In this document: piece by piece, positions 35,918-50,762 of the stretch
How the letters are laid out: each line of letters begins with the position of its first letter
Position numbering within the stretch: the stretch's first letter is position 1
Assembly (NCBI RefSeq): GCF_006345805.1
Contig: NC_043004.1
Location: 49,228,001 to 49,292,000, forward strand
Source of the DNA: Octopus sinensis
Taxonomy: Eukaryota
DNA length: 64,000 nucleotides
Direction of reading: 5' to 3'
The notes under the pieces: model-generated
Database searches by the model: none
Seen by the model: the letters and a program-made list of their open reading frames with translations, nothing else
Told to the model about the DNA's origin: nothing
Position numbers and translations under genes: made by a program

Positions 35918-36419
35918 CAATCCCATTGGTACATTATTTAGTGATACCGAAAGAACGAAAGGCAAAGTTAACCTCGACAAGATTTGAATCCAAAGAGAAG
36001 AGAACCAAACCAATTATCGCTAAGCAGTCAATTCGAAGCTTCAACGTCTCTGCCAATTGAATTTCTGTTTCAATTTTTTTTTTTTAAGGAAAAGAAAATC
36101 AGAAGAAAGACTATTGCTTACCTTGTTATAGCAATCCTATTTGTCAGTATTACAAAATTATTAATCACAGTTTTTTCTTTCGATATGGTCAAGATTTTGT
36201 ATAAATTTTCTAAAAACCTTAATTTATATCTATTATATTAAGTAGCTAACGTTAAATTTATGAGGTGTAAAAATTCTGCCCACGTTGCGGAAAGGGGATG
36301 GTAAAAGTGTTTGTGCAATGGAAAGTGAGAGAAAGAAAAAGTATGACAGAAAAGAAGAAAGAAAGACAGAAAGAAGGAAAGAAGGAGAGCAAGAGAGAAA
36401 GAAAGAGAGACAGAGAGGA

Positions 36420-36582
36420 GATAGAATTTCTACAAGTCAGAGGGCTGGAGCTTTCTATGAGTGATTTTATGTTTATCATTCGAGTGAACTTTCTTTGGCT
36501 GCGATCTAGGATGTCTGAGTATGCAATCAGCGCCATCCCAGATGTGACGAGAACGCTCCACTAAAGACCTTAATTTTAGCTT
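36420..36582 (-). mobile_element. Jockey/CR1-like LINE C-terminal remnant
   Basis: HIWDGA...DILDRSQRKFTRMI...SSLSLF, read across frameshifts. Confidence 0.55.
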
Positions 36583-36585
36583 AAA

Positions 36586-36975
36586 CTAGCAGTATCGCCC
36601 GGCGTTGTTCGGACTTGTTTCGACCCTTTAGAATTGGAATTTTTGAAAAGTAAAAATTTCGCATTATGTAGCTTGTTATTCTCTTTAAGTGAACATTTTT
36701 CTGGTTGAAATACACCGAAAAATGGCGATACAGCAGTCAAAAACTCGTAAAAAATCGGAATTTTCAGAGAAAAAAAGCACCTTTTTGATGTAAATAAGTT
36801 TTGGTCTTAACATTGTCCGATTTTAATTTTATCTTCTACGGAATGAAGAGCAAGCCTTCTTCTATCATACTCTCAATTTTGGTCAACTTGCGCCGCAGGG
36901 TCTCGGAGGAGATAGGGTTAGTTGAAGGTTACCAAACCTGCCATACACAGACAACTTCAGCTTTATATATAACGA
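36586..36975 (-). mobile_element. Non-autonomous Helitron
   Basis: Minus-strand 3' hairpin plus CTAG|T at 36586, and a TC start at 36975. Confidence 0.75.
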
Positions 36976-37184
36976 TTGATGATTGATAAACAAAAATAAA
37001 TAGCAATTCCCACACATAAAGCAAACTAAATTATCTATTTTTTCACCGCTAGTATTCATAATGCACATAAAATGAAAGTAAAACAATAATACTATTATTT
37101 TCCTCGTCGTTCAGCCACCGTAGACAAAGAATAAAAAAATATAACTATCAACTGGTAGGTCACTATCGTCCGACTAAAGATCTC

Positions 37185-37628
37185 GGATCTTTTCGGTTTG
37201 AACGGCAGTTTTAACATACTTTCTAGGTAACTAAAATAATTTTTATTTCGTATACTGGTAGAATGTGTTTATAAAACATATTTTTTCTCTTGGCTTTATT
37301 GAGAAAATTCTATAGTTTGTAAGATATATGTTGTTTTTTCTTCAATTTCTGTATTTTCAACCAATCACTGGCGTCTATTGAGGTAAAAAAAACATTCTGT
37401 GCCGTATGAATATGTCCCTCGTTTAAGAAACAGATTGTGTTTATTTACATTTGTGAAGAAAAAAAAGATACCCTTCCCCCCACCCCTAACTCTAACTAAT
37501 CCTAACCCTAACTAACCCTAACCCTAAAACAGATTGAAATGCAATAGATCGATTCTAGGGTCATAATTATGGGTGACAATTTCTTATGACGCCACTAGAA
37601 AAAACTGCCGTTCAAACCGAAAAGATCC
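37185..37628 (+). mobile_element. GG-terminal MITE, copy 5
   Basis: TIRs present; TSD AAGATCTC / AAGCTCTC (7/8 match). Confidence 0.92.
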
Positions 37629-37959
37629 AAGCTCTCTGTTCCGTGGAACACGTTAAAACTCAAGTCATCTGTACATGTACAAATATACATGACGGGCTTC
37701 CACACAATTTCCGTTTACCATATTCTCTCACAAGGCATTGGTCGGCCCGGAATTATAGTAGAAGATACTTGCCCAAGGTACCACGCAATGGAAGATGAAC
37801 CCGAAAAAAGGTGGTTGTTAACTGAACTTCTTAACCACACATCCAAGATTGTGTGTGTGTGTGTATGTATGCGTGTGGGTATATGTATGTGTATGTGTGT
37901 GCGTATGTGTGTAATGTGTTAGCCTTCTTTAAGATATGTTGTTCGACATTAACTAATTA

Positions 37960-38275
37960 GCATTATAAAGTCACGTCACGTGACAGCAGTGAGGATTTCA
38001 ACAACAAAAATACACCAACATTGGTGCGCTCAAGCTGAGCGGAGCATGTTCACACACACGCAGTATGCATCTTGCTCCAACGATTATTAACCAACACAAT
38101 ATTTTGTAACCTCAACAGAGTTTTTTAATACTCTAGTCGAGCTTGAAACAAGGTTGTTCCATAGCAACAACTTACCACTACATTAGCAACAACGTTTTAA
38201 TTTCAACAAAACACACAAACGCAATCTGCAGACGATGTGCACTGTGTGACATCGGTGCCTTATTTATATAAAGAA
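37960..38275 (-). promoter_or_regulatory. Candidate Pol II promoter and short non-coding first exon
   Basis: TATATAAATA (38270-38261, -), an Inr-like ACAGT ~28 nt downstream, donor G|GTAAGT at 38176/38175, E-box GTCACGTGAC (37976-37985) and TAGCAAC RFX-like half sites. Motif evidence only. Confidence 0.3.
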
Positions 38276-38339
38276 CTATTTATCTATCTACCATAAGAAG
38301 TGGTACCCTTACTATTTTTACGTGTATCTATGTGTCCAT

Positions 38340-38340
<1 letters not shown>

Positions 38341-38433
<93 letters not shown>
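38341..38433. repeat. (TATC)n microsatellite
   Basis: Direct reading of the sequence. Confidence 0.95.
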
Positions 38434-39079
38434 CATTCGCTTACGTAAGTAAACATTATCCTCCTACAAAATTACGTTTCATATCTTTTTAATACGGAAG
38501 ACCATATCCGCCTCACCCTCTCTCTTTCTTTCTCTCTACCTTTCTCCCTCTTTCACTTTCTCCTTCTCTCCCTATTTCTGTACACCCCTCTTTCTCTCTC
38601 TCTCTCATACACGTTAACGTCGTCATCTAAAAAACGTGTCCGATCATATGAGGTACGGGAGGAAAATGGTATTTGATGTCGCTAGAGTGGCGATATGTTG
38701 TTATCATTGTAGGGCATGCGTACAGGAATGTAGGTATATATGTAAACGTGTGTGTGTATACATATGTGTGTGTGTGTGTGTGTGTGTGTGTTCTACAAGT
38801 ATGCTAGTGTATATGTATCTGTGAATATGTATGTGTATATATGTATCCGTGTATATGCATGTGTATATATATGTGTGTGTATATATATATATATATATAT
38901 GTATACACACACATACATATATATATGCATACATGTAGACAAACACAGACAGATATACACACACACACGCACACATACACTCACATACAAATATGTATGT
39001 CTGTGTGGGGTCATGTATGCATAGGTATGTATGCGCGTGTGTGAATGCATGCTTGTATCTCTCTCTCTCTCTCTCTCTC

Positions 39080-39126
<47 letters not shown>

Positions 39127-39165
39127 TATATATATATTATATATATAATATATATAGATAGATAT

Positions 39166-39203
<38 letters not shown>

Positions 39204-39771
39204 GCACACATACATACATACATACATACATACATACATACTTGTGGGTGTATACGCACATATAGATATACGCATTCCCCCCTCCAACACATATATACAT
39301 ACATATATACACACGCGTACACAGACACACACACACAAACACGCACATACACACACACTCGAACACACATACACGAACACATACATACACACAGTCGTTT
39401 ATTGCAAGCAGATGAGACTGGGTGACGTTATTTTCATACATTCGTTGTCTTGGCAACTGCTTTCAATTAAAGAGGAAGTCTTGCGATGTGGCTTCAAACA
39501 GAAACTCTAATCGAGCAGACACGTGATCGAAGGCGTTCCACTCGCGACCATCCCGTATCTAATACTGCCTCACTTGCTTGTCTTTACTCGACTTAGTCAA
39601 TAAAATAATGATTTTTTTTCTCTCCTTAGGCCAATGGTTGTGTGATTAAGACTTTTTTCTTGGGCTCAGTGCCGCTATATGGCATCTTGGGAAAATGTCT
39701 TCTTCTACAGCCCCGGATCGACCAAAGCCTTGTGAATAGATTTCGTCGACGGGAACTGATAGAAGTCCGTC

Positions 39772-39810
<39 letters not shown>

Positions 39811-39829
39811 ATATGTATAAAAATTTAAT

Positions 39830-40140
39830 AAAAATACAACAAAATGGGACAAGAACGCAAAATACACCAAAAGACGACACAAAAAACGGACGAGTCATTC
39901 GAAGCCTCTAATCTTCAGTCAGGAACCGGATCATCCTAGCAAATTTCGGCTGATTAATCCTGATATCGCTCCGATCCGGCCAACCTCAAGGAAAAACTAA
40001 GCTGCGAGCATTAGATTTCTTGGAAAAAGGATCGAATGTATACGAAACAAGGACAGAAAAACGGACGATGCCACACGAATATAAATACAAAAAAACAAGA
40101 ATAAAATTAAAAACAAGAATGGTAATAACAGGACAAAAAC
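39830..40140 (-). mobile_element. Family P4 repeat
   Basis: Reverse complement of 20730-21030. Confidence 0.55.
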
Positions 40141-40558
40141 AGCGGGTGTCTTACGACTTTAGACAATTTAACTTATCTTAGTTGGCGTGTTTTGAAATAA
40201 ATGCCTTTGCGGCAGATGAAGAAAAAACCGTGTTGTCACAGCAGCGGTCAACGGCGGAAAGGCTAGTTGACCAGCAGGTCACGTGAGAGTAGAGAAGAAG
40301 AGAGAGAAAAAAAAACAGGGGGCAAAGGAATCAAAGAGAGAGAGAAAAAGAGGGACAAAGGTTCCAGGGGGGGGGAGAGAAAGAAGGAATTAAAGAGGAG
40401 GGAAGAAAGAGGGGGAAGAAACAGAGCGCGCCAAAGATTGGCTTGGCAACAGAATCAATGGTGCAAAGTGAGAAAGATAGAGAAATGTGAGAGAGTGGGG
40501 GAAGAGGAGACCAAAGAATCAGAGGCAAGAAAAGAGAAAGACAGAACAGTGAGGTATA

Positions 40559-40593
<35 letters not shown>

Positions 40594-40595
<2 letters not shown>

Positions 40596-40830
40596 TACCA
40601 TAACGAATTTCTGTGGGTCAGTGTGTCACGCTTTGTCCCCCCTCTCTCACTATTCAATGACACTTTTACTATTCCTCATGTTGGGGTGAGAGTAGGTGAG
40701 GGCAGTTGTAGATTGACGGTTGTAATAGTAATGGGATGATAGTAATAGTATGAGCTGTAGTTGTGATAGACGCGGAAGCGACGGTGATGATTGTGGTGGT
40801 GGTGATAGCCAAAGCGGTCAGAGATGACCG
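40594..40830 (-). repeat. Unclassified interspersed repeat
   Basis: Reverse complement of 57165-57412. Confidence 0.7.
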
Positions 40831-41464
40831 TTTCTTGGAAAGAACAAGGGAGATGATTACAATACACTCAGCTGACCGAAAGTTTTGGACAATAATAGAC
40901 AACGTTGACAACTAGTGAAAGCAAAGGGCATCATATTAGAGTTATGTCCCTTCTTTATTTTAACCACCCCGTTTAAGGAACCTCTTTTTTATTAGTTCTT
41001 TGGATAATTATTATTTCAGTTTGTTCCTGTTTTTCGGTTTACTATATTACATACCCTCTTTGTATTTAGTATGCAGAATGCCTTCCCTTAAATATTCATC
41101 TTAAGCTATATTGTTGACATTCTTATATGCCCATGTCTTTATTTATTTATTTGTCTGTTTTTTTTGTTTGTTTTTTTTTTGTTTGCTTGTTGGTTGGTTG
41201 GTTTGTAATGTCAGTGAAGTTCGGTGATGGTGGGTCAGTGAAGCGCAGTGATGGTGGGCAGAGTTGCTTGTTATTGCTATTAGGTGAAGTGGTCAAGTGG
41301 TTGTAGTGACGCTATTTTGGAAGTTTTCAGCGCGCATGCGCAAAGTTGGATTACGGTCTTTTGTATCGTCTTCTAAATGTTTTACGTTCTTGTCCCAGTT
41401 TGTATTTTTCTACATATTTATATATAGCGACGTCCGTACCTTCGTTGGCCTTATATATCTATAT

Positions 41465-42925
41465 ATATGCACACATACACGCATGCACACATACATACAT
41501 ACACACACACACACATACTATACACACATACATACATACACACACGCGTACATATACATACATACACATACACATACACACACACACTTACACACATACA
41601 CCCGTACATACATACATACACACACACTTACATACACACACATACATACACACTTACACACATATACACACACATACATACACACACGCATACACACATA
41701 CATATATACACACATACATACACACATACATACATAGATACATACATACACAAACATACATATACATACATACATACATACACACACACATACACACACA
41801 CGCACGCACACATACATACATACACACACATACATACACACACATACATGCACACACACGTACATACATACATACACACAAACTTACACACATACACATA
41901 CATACATACATACATACACACACACACATACACACACATACACACATACATACATACATACATACGCACATACATACACACACATATACATACATACACA
42001 CACACATACACACACATATATATACATACATACATACACACACACATGCACACATACACGCATGCACACATACATACATACACACACATACATACACTAC
42101 ATACATAAATACATACATACATACACACACATACATAAACATACATATGTACACACACACACATACACGCATGCAAAAATACATACATACACACATACGT
42201 ACATACATACATACATACACACACACTTACACACATACACACACACATACATACATACGTACGTACATACATACATACACACACACATACATACACACAC
42301 ACATACATACATACATACATACATACATACACACATACACACACACATACACACATACATACACACACGCATACATACACACATACACACATACATACAC
42401 ACATACATACATACACACACGCATACATATACATACATACATACACATACACACACATACACACATACATACACACACACATATAAACACACATATAAGC
42501 CCCTACATTGTACACACACGCACATATATACATACATTCACTCGCACGCACGTACCACACACACGCACACACACACATTTACATATATAATACTATACAC
42601 TCACACACACATACACACGTACAAAACACACACAAAACTCACATACACACCGACAGATATACATAACAATATACACCTATCCGCGCACGCACACATACAC
42701 ACAAACACATACAAACGCACACATACACGCACACACATACACGTACATACATACACTCTCACACAAATGAACCCACATATACATCCCTACACACACACCC
42801 GCACGCACAAGCACACATGTACTAGGTTAAACAGTTACTCGCCACACACCCACACTCTACGCATACATACACGAACACACACATGCACACACACACACAC
42901 ACTACAAACAACACACACACATGAT
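41465..42925. repeat. ~1.46-kb (CATA)n/(CA)n compound microsatellite
   Basis: Direct reading; this is the source of the longest spurious ORFs. Confidence 0.95.
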
Positions 42926-43199
42926 ACATATAGCTCTTTGTTTTTTTGACCCGGCTTTGACCTGGCTTGACACAAACAGCTAGTAGTCATCATGACAGCT
43001 GGCTTTGTCATTGCCTCTATTCACCAAAAATACACACACACAAACACGCACGCACAAACACACTTGTCATCTTGCACACATACACACACACACAGAGGCA
43101 TTCCTTTTTTGGGGAACTCTCTTGCATTATAAAACCATATTTCAACTACCTTCAAATTCTGTTCTTTCAACATGTGATATCTTAAGCACCACCAGCTCA

Positions 43200-43409
43200 A
43201 ATATTTTCTCCTCTGTCTTCCCTCCTTGGGATCTTTCCTTCTCCTTGTTTCCGACGAAGAGCTCCGATCGAAACGTTAAACCCTCCTTCCCTTCTTTCCT
43301 GAGCGTCAATAATACTTTAATTGTTCCACGTCCTGCGTTGCTGTGTTTTTTCCCATTTTTTCTCTTTTTTTTTTCTCTTTTTTTCTGTGTTTTCTTGTTT
43401 GGATTAACT
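43200..43409 (+). mobile_element. Family P2 Penelope-like fragment with hammerhead variant
   Basis: GUUU-CCGACGA-a-GAGCuccGAUC-GAAACGUU-AAAC at 43247-43281. Confidence 0.6.
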
Positions 43410-43527
43410 TTATATATATATGTTGGTAAAAACGGTAAGATAACAAAAGAAAGAAAGACACCTCAATATTATGTAAATAGAGGAAATTTATCTGTAAATT
43501 ATATGTGACAATTAGTCAATAATTTTG

Positions 43528-43608
<81 letters not shown>

Positions 43609-43735
43609 CCAAGTTTTATCTGGGCTATTGAATAATTGTCACATATTATTTTACAGGTATGTATATATATATGTATATATATATAATATACACTAGGTTA
43701 TTAATACATAGTAGTAGTAGTAGTAGTAGTAGTAA

Positions 43736-43773
<38 letters not shown>

Positions 43774-43879
43774 TTTTATTTACTATCCACAAAGATCAAC
43801 AAAAGAAAAAAGTTCAAGGCCAGTACGATAATATGCGAGCGATTTTATTAAAGAAAAGCGTAAACAAGTGAAATAGCAA

Positions 43880-44985
43880 AAACTAAAGAAACAAAATATT
43901 GTAAGGAAACTTCCTCAAAAGGAAGGATACCTTCGGAGACTACTTGTAGAAATCCTTGTTCTTCAAGATCACCCATGGCCACTAAGATAAGACCCCTTTC
44001 CCAATTGTCCTCTAATCTGCCGAGACTTACCCAAAGCAGACCTTTTTATTCGGCCACTGTTCACCAATGTAAACCACCTAAAGACAAATTTGCTGGGAGG
44101 CAAAGTCTGGACTGCAGGGAGGGTGAGGGATGCTTTTTGATGTCCATCTCTGTTAAGTAATTTGTTACCAGGATGGAATTGTGAACTGGTACATTGTCCT
44201 GATACAGGGGCCACCAACCCGAGTGGAGAGGCTCTGGTATTTTGCAACGAAATCTCTTCCTGAACTCTCTAAAAAAAATTCACAAAGTATTTGTTGACCA
44301 TCAGGTCAGAGGAAACCCAGTAGATGCAGATGATGCCCTTGCTGTTGAAAAAGGGAATCATCATGAACTTACCGTGGGCTTGCTCTGCCTTCCATTGGGC
44401 ACCCTGTCTCTTGGTCTCTGGATCATAACAATAGATCCAGCTTTCATCACAGATCACCAAAGACTCAAGTACTCTTGGACTTGAGGTAATGAGCTCAACC
44501 ATCTCCCTACTGTCATCTCTGTTCGTCATTGAGTATCCTAAGAACAAACTTTGGATAAATCTTGAGCATGAATAATTCTGTGTACAGTTGTCACATCAAC
44601 TCGAAACTATATGCTTATTGTCATTATAGACACAAGGCGGTCTCATCCAGAAAATTGCGAATTTTCTGAAGCAGCTATGATGTTCTGACGTCCCGCTCTT
44701 ACCAACACTTCTCTCGCCTTCTCTCTACCACCCTTGAACCGCTTGTCTAGCAGAAAACAGATGCTCGGCTCACACAAATTAATTCATAAGCAATCTGGAG
44801 CATTTCATAAAATTCTGTAGCGTCTTTGCCAAGGTTAACATATAACTTTATTGCATGGCAAGTTTCCAAATTGTCTCCAAGGCCATGGCTGCATTCCGCA
44901 AACTCGTCAGCTGTAACAAGTAGTGTTTTGTAGGGTATGCTCAGAGTGCTGTTATAACCGTCTCTTTCAATGTGAAAAAACAAAT
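43880..44985 (-). mobile_element. mariner (DD34D-type) transposon, degenerate
   Basis: CHAIKLYVNLGKDATEFYEMLQIAY (N-terminus) and ICDESWIYCYDPETKRQGAQW. Boundaries are approximate. Confidence 0.8.
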
Positions 44986-44988
44986 TGG

Positions 44989-45385
44989 CGCGCAGGAGTG
45001 GCTGTGTGGTAAGTAGCTTGCTAACCAACCACATGGTTCCGGGTTCAGTCCCACTGCGTGGCATCTTGGGCAAGTGTCTTCTGCTATAGCCCCGGGCCGA
45101 CCAATGCCTTGTGAGTGGATTTGGTAGACGGAAACTGAAAGAAGCCTGTCGTATATATGTATATATATATATGTATGTGTCTGTGTTTGTCCCCCTAGCA
45201 TTGCTTGACAACCGATGCTTGTATGTTTACGTCCCCGTCACTTAGCGGTTCGGCAAAAGAGACCGATAGAATAAGTACTGGGCTTACAAAGAATAAGTCC
45301 CGGGGTCGATTTGTTCGACTAAAAAAAAGGCGGTGCTCCAGCATGGCTGCAGTCAAATGACTGAAACAAGTAAAAGAGAAAAGAG
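44989..45385 (+). mobile_element. SINE family A, full length
   Basis: Matches family A. Confidence 0.92.
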
Positions 45386-45570
45386 GTATCTCCTAAAATA
45401 GTTCCAAAACCTTTGGAATGCACTTTGCACACGCGTAGTCGGTTGGTATTCATTTTCGGTTAAGTAAATATGAACAACATGAATATATAATTGTTAAACA
45501 GGACATCAAACATTAAGGCAAGGAAAACATCTCAAGTCACATACAATATTATTACAGGAAAAATTTCAAA

Positions 45571-45626
45571 ATCTTACAGCTGTTTCTGGGATATCCTCGA
45601 GTATGGGATATTTCGTCATCAGAGAC
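45571..45626 (-). ncRNA. Minimal type I hammerhead ribozyme, canonical core
   Basis: GUCU-CUGAUGA-cgaaAUAUCC...GGAUAUccca-GAAA-CAGCUG-UA-AGAU. Confidence 0.72.
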
Positions 45627-45805
45627 AAATTGGGGAAAATATTATCGATAATGGCATGAAATTGCGCTCGACGCCCTGGCCGATAACTGATAAGGAATTT
45701 CTGACCTGTGTTTGTTCGTGTGTACACCCTGTCCGTTTGTTTATCACTATACGTGTTTGACTTCTGAAAATATTATTCACGCACTCCTTGTGTGTGTGTG
45801 TGTGG

Positions 45806-45836
<31 letters not shown>

Positions 45837-46063
45837 GTGTGCTTGTGTGTGTATGTGTGAGTTCGTGTGTGCATGCGGGTGTTGTTCGCTCACCACCACT
45901 GAACAATCGCTGTTGGTTTGTCTACGTTCCCTTAATCAACAATTCGGTAAAAGAGAATGATAGAATAAGTGCCAGGCTTAAGAAAAGTTTTGGGGTCAAT
46001 TCATTCGACTAAAAGACTTCCACGCGGTGCCCCATCATGGCCGCAATCTAATGAATGGTTTTA

Positions 46064-46767
<704 letters not shown>

Positions 46768-46774
46768 ATATATT

Positions 46775-46920
46775 ATAGGGAGAATTCACAAAAAAACGAA
46801 AGACGAAGACAAGCCTACGCTCTTCCACAGAAAGGAACACAGAAAGAAACAAGGAGAGAAAATGAAGAATGCGTAGTGGCTAGTGATCTACCATGGTGAA
46901 TGTCGGACAGAAGGGTCACA
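46775..46920 (-). mobile_element. Family P1 fragment with a deletion through the hammerhead
   Basis: CUUU-CUGUGGA-a-GAGCguagGCU on the minus strand at 46811-46834. Confidence 0.5.
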
Positions 46921-47608
46921 CAAGAGGGCTAGGGAGAAGGGGAGGTAATAAAGAAGTGGTGATCCCGAAACGAAGATGCGCGTGCGTGTGTATAAGAGAA
47001 TTTATATGCACGTATGAAAGAGGGCTGGTGATCTGGACGTGTGTGTACGAAAATGTTAGTCTAGGAAGTGGTCAGTGCTGATGTGTGCGTGTGTTGTGAT
47101 GTGATGTGTTTTGTGGTATGGTGGTATAAGGTGCAGTGGTGTGTGTGTTAGCCTGAGGGTGTGGTTAGAGGTGGGGTATGTGGGTAGTCGGAGGGGGTGG
47201 GGTATATGGAAGTGAGTGTAAGGGATACTGATGATGGTGGTGGTGGCGTCATCTTGTCAGATGATAGACGTCTCGTAAATGAAACAAGAATGACACATCT
47301 GTTCGTCATTGGAGTTGACTGAGAAAAGCCTGTATAACATTTTTGTTACTCTATCAGTTGCCATACTAGATTCCAATGACAAGCATTCCATGATCAATGC
47401 TGCTATTTTGACAGCAAGTTTTTTTTCTTTTTTATTATGTAGAGTCTTAGCAGGTAACACCGTTCCGTGTTTGAACGGGCCAAAGAATAATGGTACTTAA
47501 TGCTTCTCACTCTATGCTTCTCACAACTTCAGAACTTCTGAACCGGATGCAGTTTAATGTCACACTCAGCGCATTTATGCATGCATACACACCTGTGTGT
47601 GTAAATAC

Positions 47609-47639
<31 letters not shown>

Positions 47640-48041
47640 CGCATGTGCATGTGTGTGTGTGTGTCACAAAACATTGATTTAACTATGTAAGGGAAACAAC
47701 TGTATCTAATAATACCTGAGTTACTTCCCTTGTGTAACGATGCGATTTCTCACGTGATCAGAACGAAACTTCGAGATCATTCATAACCTTCTGCCGAATA
47801 TAATTTACGTAAAACTGAAGGCATTCTTAGGGTGATTTTAAAATAGTGTTCAAGATTTTGAGTGTTACGCACCACTTTTGTTTTAGAGAAACCAATTCTT
47901 TTTTTTTCTTGTATTACTATGCTTTCAAGTGCAGGCATGGCCAAATGGTTTCGGAAACACGGTTTGCGGCTTTGTTGCATTCCGGTGGAGTCGTACAACG
48001 TGGTACCTTGAGCAATTGTCTTCTACAATAGCTCGGAACTG

Positions 48042-48727
48042 GGCGGCGGTAAAGGACATGAAAACCCACTTTTTCGAATGCGAAGATTCCGGATTTGCAA
48101 AAAAAAAAAAAAATCGGCATTTCAAAATTTTCATTCCTCTCTAAACCTACCCTATCTCACTCCACCCAATTTTTTGCTTTTTGTAGAAATTGTTTTGGCG
48201 AAATACGTAGAAAAATACGGAGATTATGATTCCCAAAAAAAAAAATTGATAAAATTTCAATTTTTAAAAAAATAAATAAATACCCCTCCCCTCCTACGAA
48301 AATAGCAGGCATAAAAATTATCTAAACAAAAAACTTTCGGTGTTTTCAAAATCTTCAGTTTTTAAGTACGTTCCAACCGGGAAGTCCGACAAGCTAGAAA
48401 CAACAGCCAAGCCGAAGATCCACTTTTTAAATACGAATTACCAAAAAAGAAAAAAAATTTAAGTTTTGAAATGCCTTTTTATTTTTCTTCTTTTGCAGGT
48501 TCGGAATCTCCGCAGTTGTAAAAGTGGGTTTCTCTAGAAAAAAAAGGAAAAACTCGAAAGAAGGCGCAGGAGTGGCTGTGTGGTAAGTAGCTTGCTAACC
48601 AACCACATGGTTCCGGGTTCAGTCCCACTGCGTGGAATCTTGGGCAAGTGTCTTCTGCTATAGCCCCGGGCCGACCAATGCCTTGTGAGTGGATTTGGTA
48701 GACGGAAACTGAAAGAAGCCTGTCGTA

Positions 48728-48812
<85 letters not shown>

Positions 48813-49055
48813 TTGTGTGTTTGTGTGTCTGTGTTTGTCCCCCTAGCATTGCTTGACAACCGATGCTGGTGTGTTTACGTCCCCGTCACTTAGCGGTTCG
48901 GCAAAAGAGACCGATAGAATAAGTACTGGGCTTACAAAGAATAAGTCCCGGGGTCGACTAAAGGCGGTGCTCCAGCATGGCCGCAGTCAAATGACTGAAA
49001 CAAGTAAAAGAGTAAAAGAGAGAGTAAGGTGCAGTCCATGTCCTTTACCTCCGCC
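48042..49055. mobile_element. GG-terminal non-autonomous DNA transposon with long imperfect TIRs
   Basis: Left end GGCGGCGGTAAAGGACATG, right end CATGTCCTTTACCTCCGCC; subterminal inverted repeats at 48061-48130 / 48460-48531. It interrupts an old SINE A. Confidence 0.7.
48563..49026 (+). mobile_element. SINE family A, full length
   Basis: Matches family A. Confidence 0.92.
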
Positions 49056-49115
49056 TCGAACTCACCAATGAGTATTGTGTGAATTTGATAGACGGAAACT
49101 GAGTGGAATCCCGTT

Positions 49116-49154
<39 letters not shown>

Positions 49155-49215
49155 GTGTATGTGTGTATGTGTGTGTTTGTGCATGTGTGCGTGTGCGTGT
49201 GCTTGCGCGTATGAC

Positions 49216-49635
49216 TTCGGTTTGAACGGCAGTTTTTAACATAATTTCCACGTAACTAAAAAATTTTAAACTTCGTATACTGGTAGAATGTGTTTATAAA
49301 ACATCTTTTTCTCTTGGCTTTATTGAGAAAATTCTATAGTTTGTAAAATATTTGTTTGTTTTTTTCTTCAATTTCTGTAATTTCAACCAATCAGTGACGT
49401 CTGTTGAGGTGAAAACATTATGTGCCGTATGAATATGTCCCTCGTTTAAGAAACAGATTGGGTTTATTTACATTTGTGAAGAAAAAAAAGATACCCTTCC
49501 CCCCACCCCTAACCCTAACTAACCCTAACCCTAAAACAGATTGAAATGCAATAGATCGATACTAGGGTCATAATTATGGGTGACAATTTCATATGACACC
49601 GCTAGAAAAAACTGCCGTTCAAACCGAAAAGATCC
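49216..49635 (+). mobile_element. GG-terminal MITE, copy 6 (first 7 nt missing)
   Basis: Body and right TIR are intact. Confidence 0.9.
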
Positions 49636-49842
49636 TTCAAAAGGCACAATTTTCTCACGTTCTATCTCACGATGATTCTGCTTGAACGATGCGTGTCAAC
49701 ACACGTGTCTCTGGAAAGTTCATTGACAATCGCGTAAATTCAGGAGTAGATAATTCAGTTGATCGAACACCCGAACTCTCTTCGCCAAACGTCGGTGGTC
49801 CATTTAAGACACGAGAGCGTTCTACTTTTACCTTATTTACTA

Positions 49843-50042
49843 GGGCGTCGGCGAGCTGGCAGAATCGTTAGCACGCCGGGCGAAATGCGTAGCCGTATTT
49901 CGTCTGTCGTTACGTTCTGAGTTCAAATTCCGCCGAGGTCAACTTTGCCTTTCATCCAGTTACGCACTGGGGTCGATGTAATCGACTTGATCCTTTTGTT
50001 TGTCCCCTCTATGTTTAGCCCCTTGTGGGCAATAAAGAAATA
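49843..50042 (+). mobile_element. SINE family B with internal deletions
   Basis: Matches family B. Confidence 0.85.
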
Positions 50043-50469
50043 TATTTTTCTTATCATGTGTTTTCGTGAAGTTCCTAAATCCATGACCAACATTCCTTGA
50101 CTTTTATAACTGGAGTAATGTTTGCATAAGTAGTTATCTCTTTATAGTAGGCAGGGCTAATGTTGGTGGTGTAGATATTACTGCCGGTATTTGAATGTTC
50201 ACTATCAGATTCATATGTCATTGAACAGATATTTTTATTTCTATTTGTGACTGCAGCATCGTATCTGTTGTTATCTGCGTTTATTTTATAAAATGAAATC
50301 TTGATAAAAAGCTAAAAGTAGAACACAATCGTGTTTTCATTGCCACGCACATGGCGCGCGCATGCACACACACATTCGATATGTGTGCGTGTGTGTATAC
50401 GTGCGTGCGTGCGTGCGTGCGTGTATATAAATAAACACACACACACAAACACACATATACATATCCGGT

Positions 50470-50636
50470 TTTTTTTTGGTTCGCCCTCCAAATTTTACTC
50501 TTTCAGTTCTCTCTGTCGAAGAGCATAGGCTCGAAATGTCAGAAACTTTTCCATATTTCCCGAGCGTTAAACCAATACACCTGACTGTTGTTCCTTCACC
50601 TGTCTTTGTCTTTTGTCTTCTGTAAATTTGAGCAAC
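50470..50636 (+). mobile_element. Family P1 fragment with CUGUCGA hammerhead variant
   Basis: CUCU-CUGUCGA-a-GAGCauagGCUC-GAAAUGUC-AGAA at 50509-50544; it runs into (TATC)n. Confidence 0.6.

Positions 50637-50762
<126 letters not shown>

Noticed and set aside
41346-42949. Longest ORFs (up to 414 aa, HTYI/MYVC repeats), also 26442-27383
   Set aside because: They are translations of (CATA)n/(CA)n microsatellites, which lack stop codons in several frames on both strands.
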